Shown here piece after piece: positions 1-8,678 of a stretch of 64,000 nucleotides of DNA. This DNA is from a virus. A program made the position numbers and the translations under genes. The stretch lies in the IMG/VR virus record IMGVR_UViG_3300033148_008025, positions 57,455 to 121,454 of that record. One strand, written 5' to 3'. The notes under the pieces were generated by a model. It saw only the letters and a program-made list of their open reading frames with translations, made no database searches and had not been told where the DNA came from. How positions within the stretch are numbered: the stretch's first letter is position 1; every line of letters begins with the position of its first letter.

Positions 1-453
1 GGGGAATCATACAGGTCATCAAAAGCCTCTATGGGCCAAAGAGGGAGAGACCTTGCAACACCAATAAGCATCGATGTCGAAAAAAAGTTTCTTCGTCCCG
101 GCGCGGCAGAGACTGGACTTGTTACCACTGGAGCGGCAAAAGCTGCGCAGATGCTTGGGTTGGAGTCATCTGCAAATTTCCTGAAAGACATAGCCAAAGA
201 CATCTTGGAGCCAACGTCATACGCCGAGCAAGCAGCCGCAGAGGCTGCAGGCATCGGAAAGCTCAAGAAAGCACAAAAGAAAGCACGCCGCGGCGCACAG
301 AATGCTGTTGGATGGGGACAACAAGAAGAGTCGATGGCGCTGATCAACAAGTCCCTGAAGCGAACACACAAGATGCTTGAAGTTCTAGAGGGACGTATCG
401 CTGGGACAGGGAAGAACCCAGGCGGAAATGCAAAGACATCGGGAGATAACTAG
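1..453 (+). CDS. C-terminal part of a gene starting upstream of the window; probable tail tape-measure protein
   Basis: Frame 1 is open from base 1 to TAG at 451-453; Ala/Lys/Gly-rich helical sequence directly upstream of baseplate genes. Identity is positional inference. Confidence 0.45.
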   Translation, partial: GESYRSSKASMGQRGRDLATPISIDVEKKFLRPGAAETGLVTTGAAKAAQMLGLESSANFLKDIAKDILEPTSYAEQAAAEAAGIGKLKKAQKKARRGAQNAVGWGQQEESMALINKSLKRTHKMLEVLEGRIAGTGKNPGGNAKTSGDN

Positions 454-455
454 TA

Positions 456-1370
456 ATGGCTGAAAGCAAAGGATGGGGCGAATTACCGTGGGGAGCTGGG
501 CCGTGGGGTGCTGGCATTTCAGACGGTGTTGCCCCACCAGCAATAGTTGCAGTTGACCCAGAAGAAGGTAGCTCTGGGATCGCATCAAGCACCCATGTTT
601 CCATAGGCGTTTCAGACGAGCAGGAGGTCAACGTCGACACGCTACTCCTATCCGTTGGCGGAATAACCTATGTTCGAAACGGTGTTGCCATCAACGGAGC
701 AACCATAACCGCTGCGCCAAATGAGCAGAACGGGTTCACGGCACAAGTCGACCTTCCAATAGACCTGGAGGTTGGAATTTTTCACGATGTAAACGCCATG
801 GTTGTAAACATCAGCGGCATTCGAACCATCAAGCAGTACACCTTCCAAGTCGGAGTTCAGCCGAGACTGCTTCAAGTGAAAAACCCTGCGAAAGGAATTT
901 TAATCGCGTTTTTCAATCAGGCAATGAAGCACAACGCTGACTTCCTGTCAGCTGCAAACTGGAAAGTAGATCCGGTCTCCGATGGTGCAATTCCCCTGTC
1001 CATCACAGAGGTGATTGCAAATTCAACCCAGCCAGACCAGGCAATTCTTCGATACGAAGGGGGGGGGTCAACATATAAGCTGACAACGTTCAAGCTTGTC
1101 AGCGCAAGCGGGCAACAGATCGAGCCAGGCTACGAATCGGCGCTTTTCGACATCTTATTCAAGCAGGACGAGAAGCCAAAAATCAGACTCTTTGACACCA
1201 TTTTTGGCGTAGTCGGGGTTTCACAGGGAGTGATATCCCGGAGGACGATGGATGACCATGTCGCCGGACGAGCAATTGCAACGGGAATGGATGAACAGTT
1301 TAGGCTCAGAATGCAAACCTTTGATGGGGCGCAGGGTCGAACCGGAAAACCGGGGACAAGGAGAACATAG
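456..1370 (+). CDS. Virion protein with Ig-like beta-sandwich domains (baseplate/tail associated)
   Basis: 304 aa; N-terminal GWG-x-x-PWG repeats, then beta-rich segments resembling Big-type Ig domains (VAVDPEEG..., IAFFNQAM...ANWKV). Confidence 0.5.
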   Translation: MAESKGWGELPWGAGPWGAGISDGVAPPAIVAVDPEEGSSGIASSTHVSIGVSDEQEVNVDTLLLSVGGITYVRNGVAINGATITAAPNEQNGFTAQVDLPIDLEVGIFHDVNAMVVNISGIRTIKQYTFQVGVQPRLLQVKNPAKGILIAFFNQAMKHNADFLSAANWKVDPVSDGAIPLSITEVIANSTQPDQAILRYEGGGSTYKLTTFKLVSASGQQIEPGYESALFDILFKQDEKPKIRLFDTIFGVVGVSQGVISRRTMDDHVAGRAIATGMDEQFRLRMQTFDGAQGRTGKPGTRRT

Positions 1371-2494
1371 TGGCCGCTCAACCAAAAGCTACTCGCAAGG
1401 AAACCCAGTCTGATCTAATCAACGACGTTAACGGCCTTGGCGGGGAGGAGATTGTTACATACAACCTCTTTCTCACAGATGCGTTTGGCGGCGGAGCGGG
1501 GCTATTGGATGTGCAAGGTCACGTATTCCAGAACGAAGGCTCGGGTGTTCCAGAAACAATAGATGGACACTCGAACGATGACTCCTATCGCAGGTCAAGG
1601 CGACTCCTCCACCGATCCACCTATAGCGATGTTGACTCTGCGGCAATTGCTCATATTCGCGAGAACTCCCTGGCCAGGCAGATTGATGAAAAGAAAGATC
1701 AGCCCGGTGTTATTCGGCTCATCAGGAGACTCAAGTCTGACGAGCTCAACGAAGCTGCCAAACAGCCAGGCCCAGTTGTTCCATGGGTAAACCTCATTCC
1801 GCCCAATACCAAATTTCTACTGGAAACCGTCCAGGAAAGCCGACAGGAGAAGGTCCAGATTATCGATACATTTGGTGAATGGGTTGCTTTCTTTTTTGGA
1901 AGAAGACCAGAGGTCTACAACTACTCTGGCACACTCATTAACTCAAGCAACCACGACTGGAAAAATGAGTTTCAATTCAACTACGACCACTTCCTTCGTG
2001 GCAGCCAGGCAGTAAAGCATCGAGCAACGATGATCCTCCAATATGACGATGTCATGGTTGAGGGATACATGCTCAATTCGAGTATTCAGATGTCTGGCGT
2101 AACCGACAAATCGGTTCCGTTTACATTTAGCCTGCTCGTGATCAATCGTTCGCAGATGAACCCACGACGACAAATGGGACTCCGCTTTCTTCGCAGTGGA
2201 CCTTCCATCGGAGAGGGGCAGTTCTACAACGATCTACAGGGTGCACTAGATCTGACAGAAAGGGACACAGATGACATGCAAACCTTCCTGCTGATGAGGG
2301 AGTATTTCTCAGGTAACTACATCCCAGCTGCCGGCAAGTTTATCCATCGAGCGAAAAACAACAACATAGAATCTGAAACGTCTGTCCAGCCTGGACAGAA
2401 AGGTGGAAGTAAGAATCCAAAGCCAGTTCCTGCAAGTTTTAGCGCTAAGACCTCTGGGTCAATCCTTGAGCGCGGTGTTACCCTGCTGGAATAA
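1370..2494 (+). CDS. Putative tail tube-initiator/baseplate-proximal protein
   Basis: 374 aa, GTG start overlapping the upstream TAG; beta-rich core (VYNYSGTLI...VEGYML...VPFTFSLLV) resembling tube-fold proteins; lies just before the hub gene. Confidence 0.45.
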   Translation: MAAQPKATRKETQSDLINDVNGLGGEEIVTYNLFLTDAFGGGAGLLDVQGHVFQNEGSGVPETIDGHSNDDSYRRSRRLLHRSTYSDVDSAAIAHIRENSLARQIDEKKDQPGVIRLIRRLKSDELNEAAKQPGPVVPWVNLIPPNTKFLLETVQESRQEKVQIIDTFGEWVAFFFGRRPEVYNYSGTLINSSNHDWKNEFQFNYDHFLRGSQAVKHRATMILQYDDVMVEGYMLNSSIQMSGVTDKSVPFTFSLLVINRSQMNPRRQMGLRFLRSGPSIGEGQFYNDLQGALDLTERDTDDMQTFLLMREYFSGNYIPAAGKFIHRAKNNNIESETSVQPGQKGGSKNPKPVPASFSAKTSGSILERGVTLLE

Positions 2495-2496
2495 AC

Positions 2497-5415
2497 ATGT
2501 CTCGCCAAGGAACAGGTTCTAGAGTTGAGCTCCGTATGTACATGGAGGGGATTCTTGTCGAGAACGGACTAGCAAACGTTAGCGTTAGTGGCGACATCGG
2601 AATGCCAGCATCAGCTCAGCTCGAGCTGGTTCCAACCAACACGATAAAACACATCCTTCCAGGAACATGGATTCATGTTTTTGTGACAGATCCGTGGGAG
2701 GTTAATCCAACAGGCAATCTCGATGACTTCAAGTTGCTGTTCGAAGGTGTTGTCTCGGCTAAGGGATTCACGAAAACCGACGATGGTAGAAACTTCACAG
2801 TGCAATGCATCGCACCAGAAGTATTCTGGACCGAAGCTCGTCAGTTCTGGGTAAACCTTGCGGCTGGAAGCAGTCTCGTTGACCAAATCGTAGTGCAAAC
2901 GTCGGGAGGCAGTGGTCGCTTCGGAATGATTGGGGGGAACGCCAAGTTTGGCTACATGCAAAGCAAGCTCAAAAAAATCGAGGATGGAAGCGAGGAGCGC
3001 TTCATGGACACACTCGTGTCAGTTCTCGATGATATCGGAGGAGTCAACCCGTATTACACCAACGCAAAAAACAGAATAAGACTTACCGATCGTATTGTTA
3101 GGGGGGCCGCAGGAAAGACCGAGGAGCTGTTTCAAATATCGCTCTTCACCGACTTCCTAGAAGGCCTCGCTTCTCGAACTTCCGATCAGTCAAGCTTGCT
3201 CGAAGTGATCAACTCTCTGCTTGGTGCAATTCTCCATGAATGGGTTTCTGTTCCTGCCCCGCCATACATCAAATCTCAAGTCTTTGACCGGGACACGTTC
3301 GGAAATATCAAGCGTGGTAAAAGCACCGTAAGGAAAAATACGGGAGACGGAAAAAGAAAGAAGAAGGTCGACATCTACGACTTCAAGACTGCCCAGGACG
3401 ACATTATCGCGAGCATCATATTCAAGCCTCACATCTACACGCTATCCCCACCTACGTGCAACATCCTCTACCCCAACATGTATGATCAGATGTCATACAG
3501 CCACAACCACATGAATGAAACAACGAGGCTTCAGATGCAGCCGCAGTTGTTTTCCAGTGCTTTCAGGAAGATCTCGAAACACCTGAGGATCATGCGTCCG
3601 ACCGAACTGGAAATCTTCACCGGTCTCACTCGAGACAAGAAGGCTGGGACTAGAGGGAAACGGACACCTGATGCCAAGTACGCAGACGGAGCTGGCCAAG
3701 CTCCCGTGTTTCACGACTATGACTGGGCAACAAACGAGGAGCGAATCCGTGGAATCAAATACAACTTCATAAATCTCGCTCCGGCCCCGGGCACCCTGAC
3801 GATGACAAGTCAGGGAAAACGACAACCATCCGGAACAAGAAAAGGTGGTGCACCGAAGTACTTGCAGAACGTGGCAAGCTACGAGTACTACAAGTCAAAG
3901 TTTTCGGCCAGAGGCGCAACAGTGTCCGGCCCCTTGAACATTCGCCCCGTACCAGGGTTTTCAATCCTATTACTGGATGATTCCGCATCCCAGCAGAACA
4001 TCGTTGCATATCTTAGCGGGATTACTCATTCCATTAGCGCCGACGGGATGGCAACAACCCAGTACAGCATCAGCCTTCCAAGGCTGACCGACGAGGTGGA
4101 CTACAATCGCCCTAAGTTCAAGAAAAGCGCGACAGGTGAAAACGAAATCGATTTTGACCTATTCAGAGACGAGGAAGGCAGGTACGACTTTGCGAAGCTG
4201 TTTGACGGCGTCAATGAGCCGCCGATTCCTGAGTGGTTTGACGACGACTACAAAAACCTCCTCGACCTAGACGTGAGATATCGAGAGTGGTTTGGAACCA
4301 ATGTCGGGGTAACGCAGAACCTCTTATTTGTAGATCCGGAGCAGACGGAAAAGAATGCAATCGCAAATCAGGAGGCTGCAAGAGCAGTATACCTGGAGGA
4401 GAACGGCGTTGAGCCGGAACCAGGAGAGATACCCGACTATCCAAAATCCCTAAAAGACGACATTGTTCAATCAAACAACACGATCGGATTGAATGAGGCA
4501 GTTTTGGAACTAAACGAAAGATACACAAAGGCTCGCGGCAACGGCAGGGAGAAGGAAGAAGCTGGGGTACGAACGGCGAGAGCATTCACGAAAATCGACG
4601 AAGCGTTCAGATTCATCGGAGCTTCTCCGTTCGAATTGTCGGACCAAGCGATAGGCGAAAAGAGCAAGTCCGATCAAACCACCTTTGTGAAAAACCCGGC
4701 GTCGGAGAGGGTTATCAACTACAAGACGATGAGGCTAGACAGGTTCGTCGGAGACACTTCCCCAGGGTCTGGATATTCAGGTGTCCCAGAGGGAGAGTCC
4801 AAGGAAACAAACGATTCAAGCGGGAGCGGGGTTTCCGAGCGCATGTCTGGTGCTTTTTCAAAATTCGATACGATCGTGCACACCGGCGATAAGGCACTCA
4901 AGACAAAGGAGAGGGCTGATGCTGTAAAAGCAGAGAGTGCACCTTCATCAAGTCCGCGATATGACGGACGCCCCAGAATGTACGATTTTGAATTTCGTAT
5001 ATGGCAGGACTCAATCAAGGCTGCACAGGCAGCGGGGTTCACCATCGACGGTGAGAAGATTGCCGATTCTGCTGCCGTCGCAGACCACTATGTCAATGGA
5101 AGTAGTGGGACAATACGAGGTGCGACTGCCGAAGAGAAAGCTGCTGCTCGCGAGAGCAGGGTTGCAACAAACGCACAGAGGACTGCAGAGGAAAGCGATC
5201 GCATGTCCAAGGGGCGTCATCCTGTTCGACGAGTTCGTTCTAGGTGCCCAAACATGCCCCCCGCAAACCAGGCTCCCACCGGAGCCGGACTAGAGGAAGA
5301 GCTTGTCCTCCCGCTTCCTCAGCCGCTATCGGAAAAGCAGGTTATTAACATCAGAAGGTCTATCATCGACGCTTATCGAGACGAATTGGAGAGAACTCGT
5401 GGATTCACAGGATAG
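2497..5415 (+). CDS. Baseplate hub protein (T4 gp27 / P2 gpD / Mu gp44-like) with long C-terminal extension
   Basis: 972 aa; N-terminus has hub-type pattern (VSVSGDIGMPASAQLEL...LLFEGVV...FTVQC) and later G-x-L-N-I-R-P-x-P-G...AYLSGITHSISADGMATTQYS. Confidence 0.65.
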   Translation: MSRQGTGSRVELRMYMEGILVENGLANVSVSGDIGMPASAQLELVPTNTIKHILPGTWIHVFVTDPWEVNPTGNLDDFKLLFEGVVSAKGFTKTDDGRNFTVQCIAPEVFWTEARQFWVNLAAGSSLVDQIVVQTSGGSGRFGMIGGNAKFGYMQSKLKKIEDGSEERFMDTLVSVLDDIGGVNPYYTNAKNRIRLTDRIVRGAAGKTEELFQISLFTDFLEGLASRTSDQSSLLEVINSLLGAILHEWVSVPAPPYIKSQVFDRDTFGNIKRGKSTVRKNTGDGKRKKKVDIYDFKTAQDDIIASIIFKPHIYTLSPPTCNILYPNMYDQMSYSHNHMNETTRLQMQPQLFSSAFRKISKHLRIMRPTELEIFTGLTRDKKAGTRGKRTPDAKYADGAGQAPVFHDYDWATNEERIRGIKYNFINLAPAPGTLTMTSQGKRQPSGTRKGGAPKYLQNVASYEYYKSKFSARGATVSGPLNIRPVPGFSILLLDDSASQQNIVAYLSGITHSISADGMATTQYSISLPRLTDEVDYNRPKFKKSATGENEIDFDLFRDEEGRYDFAKLFDGVNEPPIPEWFDDDYKNLLDLDVRYREWFGTNVGVTQNLLFVDPEQTEKNAIANQEAARAVYLEENGVEPEPGEIPDYPKSLKDDIVQSNNTIGLNEAVLELNERYTKARGNGREKEEAGVRTARAFTKIDEAFRFIGASPFELSDQAIGEKSKSDQTTFVKNPASERVINYKTMRLDRFVGDTSPGSGYSGVPEGESKETNDSSGSGVSERMSGAFSKFDTIVHTGDKALKTKERADAVKAESAPSSSPRYDGRPRMYDFEFRIWQDSIKAAQAAGFTIDGEKIADSAAVADHYVNGSSGTIRGATAEEKAAARESRVATNAQRTAEESDRMSKGRHPVRRVRSRCPNMPPANQAPTGAGLEEELVLPLPQPLSEKQVINIRRSIIDAYRDELERTRGFTG

Positions 5416-6232
5416 GCAGATTGGACTTGAAATAGAGGCTGAGCTGGAGGAGTGGCTTGACAAGGAAGCTGCTGCTCGAGGTATTGACCGAGAAGCTCTG
5501 CAGCAATCAGAGCTGGAGGCGTGGGAGCGTTGGAGTAAGGACCCCAACCAGCAAGACTTTGAGACGCTGTACCAGAGTCACCAGCCACTGTTCGAGACAA
5601 TAGGTGCTCGATACATGAAAAGCAGCAACCTTCCCACAGCTGCAATCAGATCTAGGATGACGCAGAACTACGTGAAGGCCCTCGAGGGATACGACCCAAC
5701 AAGAGGGGCGAAGCTATCGACGCATGTCATGAACACACTTCCGCATCACATTCCAAGATACATACAGAAGTATACAAACATTGGAAGAATTCCTGATGAC
5801 ATGGGTGGGATGATCGGACTACTCGAGGAGCGGAATGCTGCACTATCAGACCGCCTTGGACGATTGCCGACAAACGACGAGCTCGCTGATGACATGCTAA
5901 TGTCTGCGCGGGACTATTCCGATCAAAGGAAAAAACTCATAACACCAAAAAAGGTGGGGACGCTGAGAAGGTCTTTGCGGCTAGACTTTGTCGCAGAAGA
6001 GGCTGGCGGCGTTGCCCCAACGCATGGTGTCTCGAAGCTTGAGCAGCATGCAGTTTATTTGCATGGCTCATTGAATTCCGAGCAAAAACTAATTCTCGAA
6101 CATACCTACGAAGGGTTTGATAAGCCGATCATCCAGGACGTTGAACGACTGTCCAGGACGGTAAAGATGTCTCCTCAAAAGGTTCGTGCGATCAAGAAGC
6201 AAATCTGGAAAAAGATGGAACGGTACATGTAA
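5399..6232 (+). CDS. Sigma70-family RNA polymerase sigma factor (group-3/FliA-like size)
   Basis: Region 2 YDPTRGAKLSTH, region 3 RIP...LSDRLGRLPTNDELAD, region 4 HTH-like LSRTVKMSPQKVRAIKKQI. Start chosen at GTG 5399 with GGAGAG upstream; the ORF track starts at TTG 5303. Confidence 0.8.
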   Translation: MDSQDRQIGLEIEAELEEWLDKEAAARGIDREALQQSELEAWERWSKDPNQQDFETLYQSHQPLFETIGARYMKSSNLPTAAIRSRMTQNYVKALEGYDPTRGAKLSTHVMNTLPHHIPRYIQKYTNIGRIPDDMGGMIGLLEERNAALSDRLGRLPTNDELADDMLMSARDYSDQRKKLITPKKVGTLRRSLRLDFVAEEAGGVAPTHGVSKLEQHAVYLHGSLNSEQKLILEHTYEGFDKPIIQDVERLSRTVKMSPQKVRAIKKQIWKKMERYM

Positions 6233-6234
6233 CG

Positions 6235-8232
6235 ATGGCTGGCTCAGACGAAATAAAAGAAGCGATTGCCTGTCTCTCAAATGTCTATCCGCAGTATGTG
6301 TCAAAAACACTTGCAGATCTTACGGACCAAATTGAATCAGTAGTCCAGTCCTACACCGACCCTATGGCTGCGATCGATGATCTGAGCGTTGACTCTCTTG
6401 TTGAGAGCGTTGCCGAGTCGGCCAGCGCAGACACCTTTGGAAACCTTGAGGAGATTGCCACTGGACTACTTTCTCAATATGTAAAGAGAGATGCGTCTTC
6501 GTTTTCCGAATCTCTTCCGAAAGAGTTTTCGAACGTGACAAAAAAGGTTCAAGACATCAGGAACATGTCAGGCAGGGTGATTCAGACCGCATCTCAGATG
6601 TTGTCACTATTCCCAGACATGCCATACGTTGCTGCTCAGAAAATGTGTGAATCAATGATTCGCGTCATCGATATGAAGGTTTGCAACCTGCGGTGCCTGC
6701 GAAAGCATATCGTTCAGCTGACCAATTGCGTTTTAGTACTAGTGAATCACGTAGATGACTACCACGAGCAAACTCTGTACGAAATCACGCTTGCCTCAGA
6801 GGCCATCGACGAAGTGGAGACTGAGCTTGTAAAAAGCCAGAGACTGGACATCGACAACAACATCACCTTCGACTCACAAGCATTCGAGCGTGCTCGACAG
6901 GCTATGCTCAACGCCGTCTCCCACCTGACGCCAGAGCAAGATGGTGACAACATCCTCGCCGAGGCCGACCTGATGACTCCAGGCGGAATACAGACAACGC
7001 AGATCACAAAGTCCAACAGATCCCTCGTGACCATGGCGATCCCACAGCTTGTTAAGCTCATAGAAGTTGAATCCGCAGCAGTCAATTCTCAGATTTCGGT
7101 CATCAACTATCACGCCAATGCCCTCACAGCCGTGATCAACCAGTTTCGCATCGCAGGAAAAAGCAGTCGCGTTCAGACGATGCGAGCAAGGGCAATTACG
7201 GATATCAGAAACAAGGTTGCAAGGCTCGGATCGAGGATCGATGTTGCACTCACGAGAGGGTCGACCAGGACACTGGCGGAAGAAATGCTGTCATGGGCCT
7301 CCGGCGCCAAGACAATTGTAGCCGCAATGGATAGGGTGAAAACTCTTACCCTACAGGAAGGATCGATTGAGGGGATTGACAAGGCGTACGAACTCCAGGT
7401 GGCCCTAGAGAAGCTTCTCAACGGACTTATCTCAATCAGCGGAATAAGCTACCCCACTGCAGAGAACGGGATAGAGGACTCAACGGAGATCACTCACAGG
7501 GTTACAGCGCTTGCAAAAGGTGCCTTCAGGATTCTTGGAGATTTGGAAAACAACACAACAAGCGAAAACAGAATAGCCACCTTCCACTTGCTATCTCTCC
7601 AGACTGCCACGCTCCAGGTCAACACGATTGACGACTCGATCACTGTTGCGCTCGAGCAGCGAGCTCTCTGTGAGGAATTCGCCGCAATCAACCTGCAGGT
7701 TCGAGAACGATACGACGAACTGCTCGGGTCCATGCGACAGTTGGGCCTGGATAGAGCCGTAGACCTTCTCAGTGTTGGAAAGTTTGATGACTTCCTTTCG
7801 AGCGATCTCGATGACCTGTCGTACCTCGGTGTTGGCATTTCCTGTCTTACGCATGCGCTTGGAGCCGTCGACGACACGCAAACCCGCGGAGAACTGATTT
7901 CGATTAGAGATGAGATGATTTCCAGGCAAACAAACCAAGAGGTTGCTGCTGCCGACTCCGTAGATCAGGGGCGGGTCAGGATTTTAACTGATGTTAAATC
8001 CGAAGTTTCATCTATCCAAAAAAACGCAAAAGTCATCGAATCAATCCTCGCACAGCTTACGGGAACAGCCGACAAGCTCAATATCGACATTGACGTAGAT
8101 ATGGGGGGCACCCCAGCCTTCCTGGGCAACCTTGACTATCTGTCCGTTGGAGCAGGAGGCAGGCTCTCAGGCGGGCTTGAGGAGATATCAGAGTATGCTA
8201 ACGCCGGTGTCGTTAGCTGCAAGCCACTGTGA
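6235..8232 (+). CDS. Large all-alpha/coiled-coil hypothetical virion protein
   Basis: 665 aa ORF tightly coupled to its neighbours; heptad-rich; no recognised motif. Confidence 0.6.
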   Translation: MAGSDEIKEAIACLSNVYPQYVSKTLADLTDQIESVVQSYTDPMAAIDDLSVDSLVESVAESASADTFGNLEEIATGLLSQYVKRDASSFSESLPKEFSNVTKKVQDIRNMSGRVIQTASQMLSLFPDMPYVAAQKMCESMIRVIDMKVCNLRCLRKHIVQLTNCVLVLVNHVDDYHEQTLYEITLASEAIDEVETELVKSQRLDIDNNITFDSQAFERARQAMLNAVSHLTPEQDGDNILAEADLMTPGGIQTTQITKSNRSLVTMAIPQLVKLIEVESAAVNSQISVINYHANALTAVINQFRIAGKSSRVQTMRARAITDIRNKVARLGSRIDVALTRGSTRTLAEEMLSWASGAKTIVAAMDRVKTLTLQEGSIEGIDKAYELQVALEKLLNGLISISGISYPTAENGIEDSTEITHRVTALAKGAFRILGDLENNTTSENRIATFHLLSLQTATLQVNTIDDSITVALEQRALCEEFAAINLQVRERYDELLGSMRQLGLDRAVDLLSVGKFDDFLSSDLDDLSYLGVGISCLTHALGAVDDTQTRGELISIRDEMISRQTNQEVAAADSVDQGRVRILTDVKSEVSSIQKNAKVIESILAQLTGTADKLNIDIDVDMGGTPAFLGNLDYLSVGAGGRLSGGLEEISEYANAGVVSCKPL

Positions 8233-8250
8233 TAAGGTTTTCCAAGGACA

Positions 8251-8676
8251 ATGGCAGATCTGAAACTTCTTATCACTGACGAGGGTACGGGTCGATTGCG
8301 ACTCGGGATACCAAGTCCGCCAGAGTTTGTCGAAGGTATCGACCTGCTTGCTCAGATAGTAACACTTCGATATCTGAACAACGGTGGGAGGTCTATTTTT
8401 AACCCCGGAATGAATGGTGGCCTCAGGCTTTACATTGGTCAGAATTTTGACCCAGAAGACCCCTCCGAGCTGTTTGCAGATCTGAGGCTGATAACCAGTC
8501 GGATCGAACAATCAATAAAAGAAGAGCAGGTTGGCCTCAACCGGTCACCATCTGAACGGCTTCAGTCTCTAGACTTCCTGGACATCATCCCCGACGACAC
8601 GGAGCCTGAGATCGAAATCATTGTCGCAGTCGTAAACGAAGAACAACAACAGCAGCGAGCAATCGTTCCGGTGTAA
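8251..8676 (+). CDS. Baseplate wedge subunit, gp25/gpW-like
   Basis: 141 aa; GIDLLAQIVTLRYL...GGL...ERLQSL pattern and position before the J-like gene. Confidence 0.7.
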   Translation: MADLKLLITDEGTGRLRLGIPSPPEFVEGIDLLAQIVTLRYLNNGGRSIFNPGMNGGLRLYIGQNFDPEDPSELFADLRLITSRIEQSIKEEQVGLNRSPSERLQSLDFLDIIPDDTEPEIEIIVAVVNEEQQQQRAIVPV

Positions 8677-8678
8677 CT

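Noticed and set aside
5303-5398. Longer TTG-started N-terminus of the sigma factor
   Set aside because: Would overlap the hub gene by 113 nt; GTG 5399 with GGAGAG upstream is more parsimonious, though not proven.
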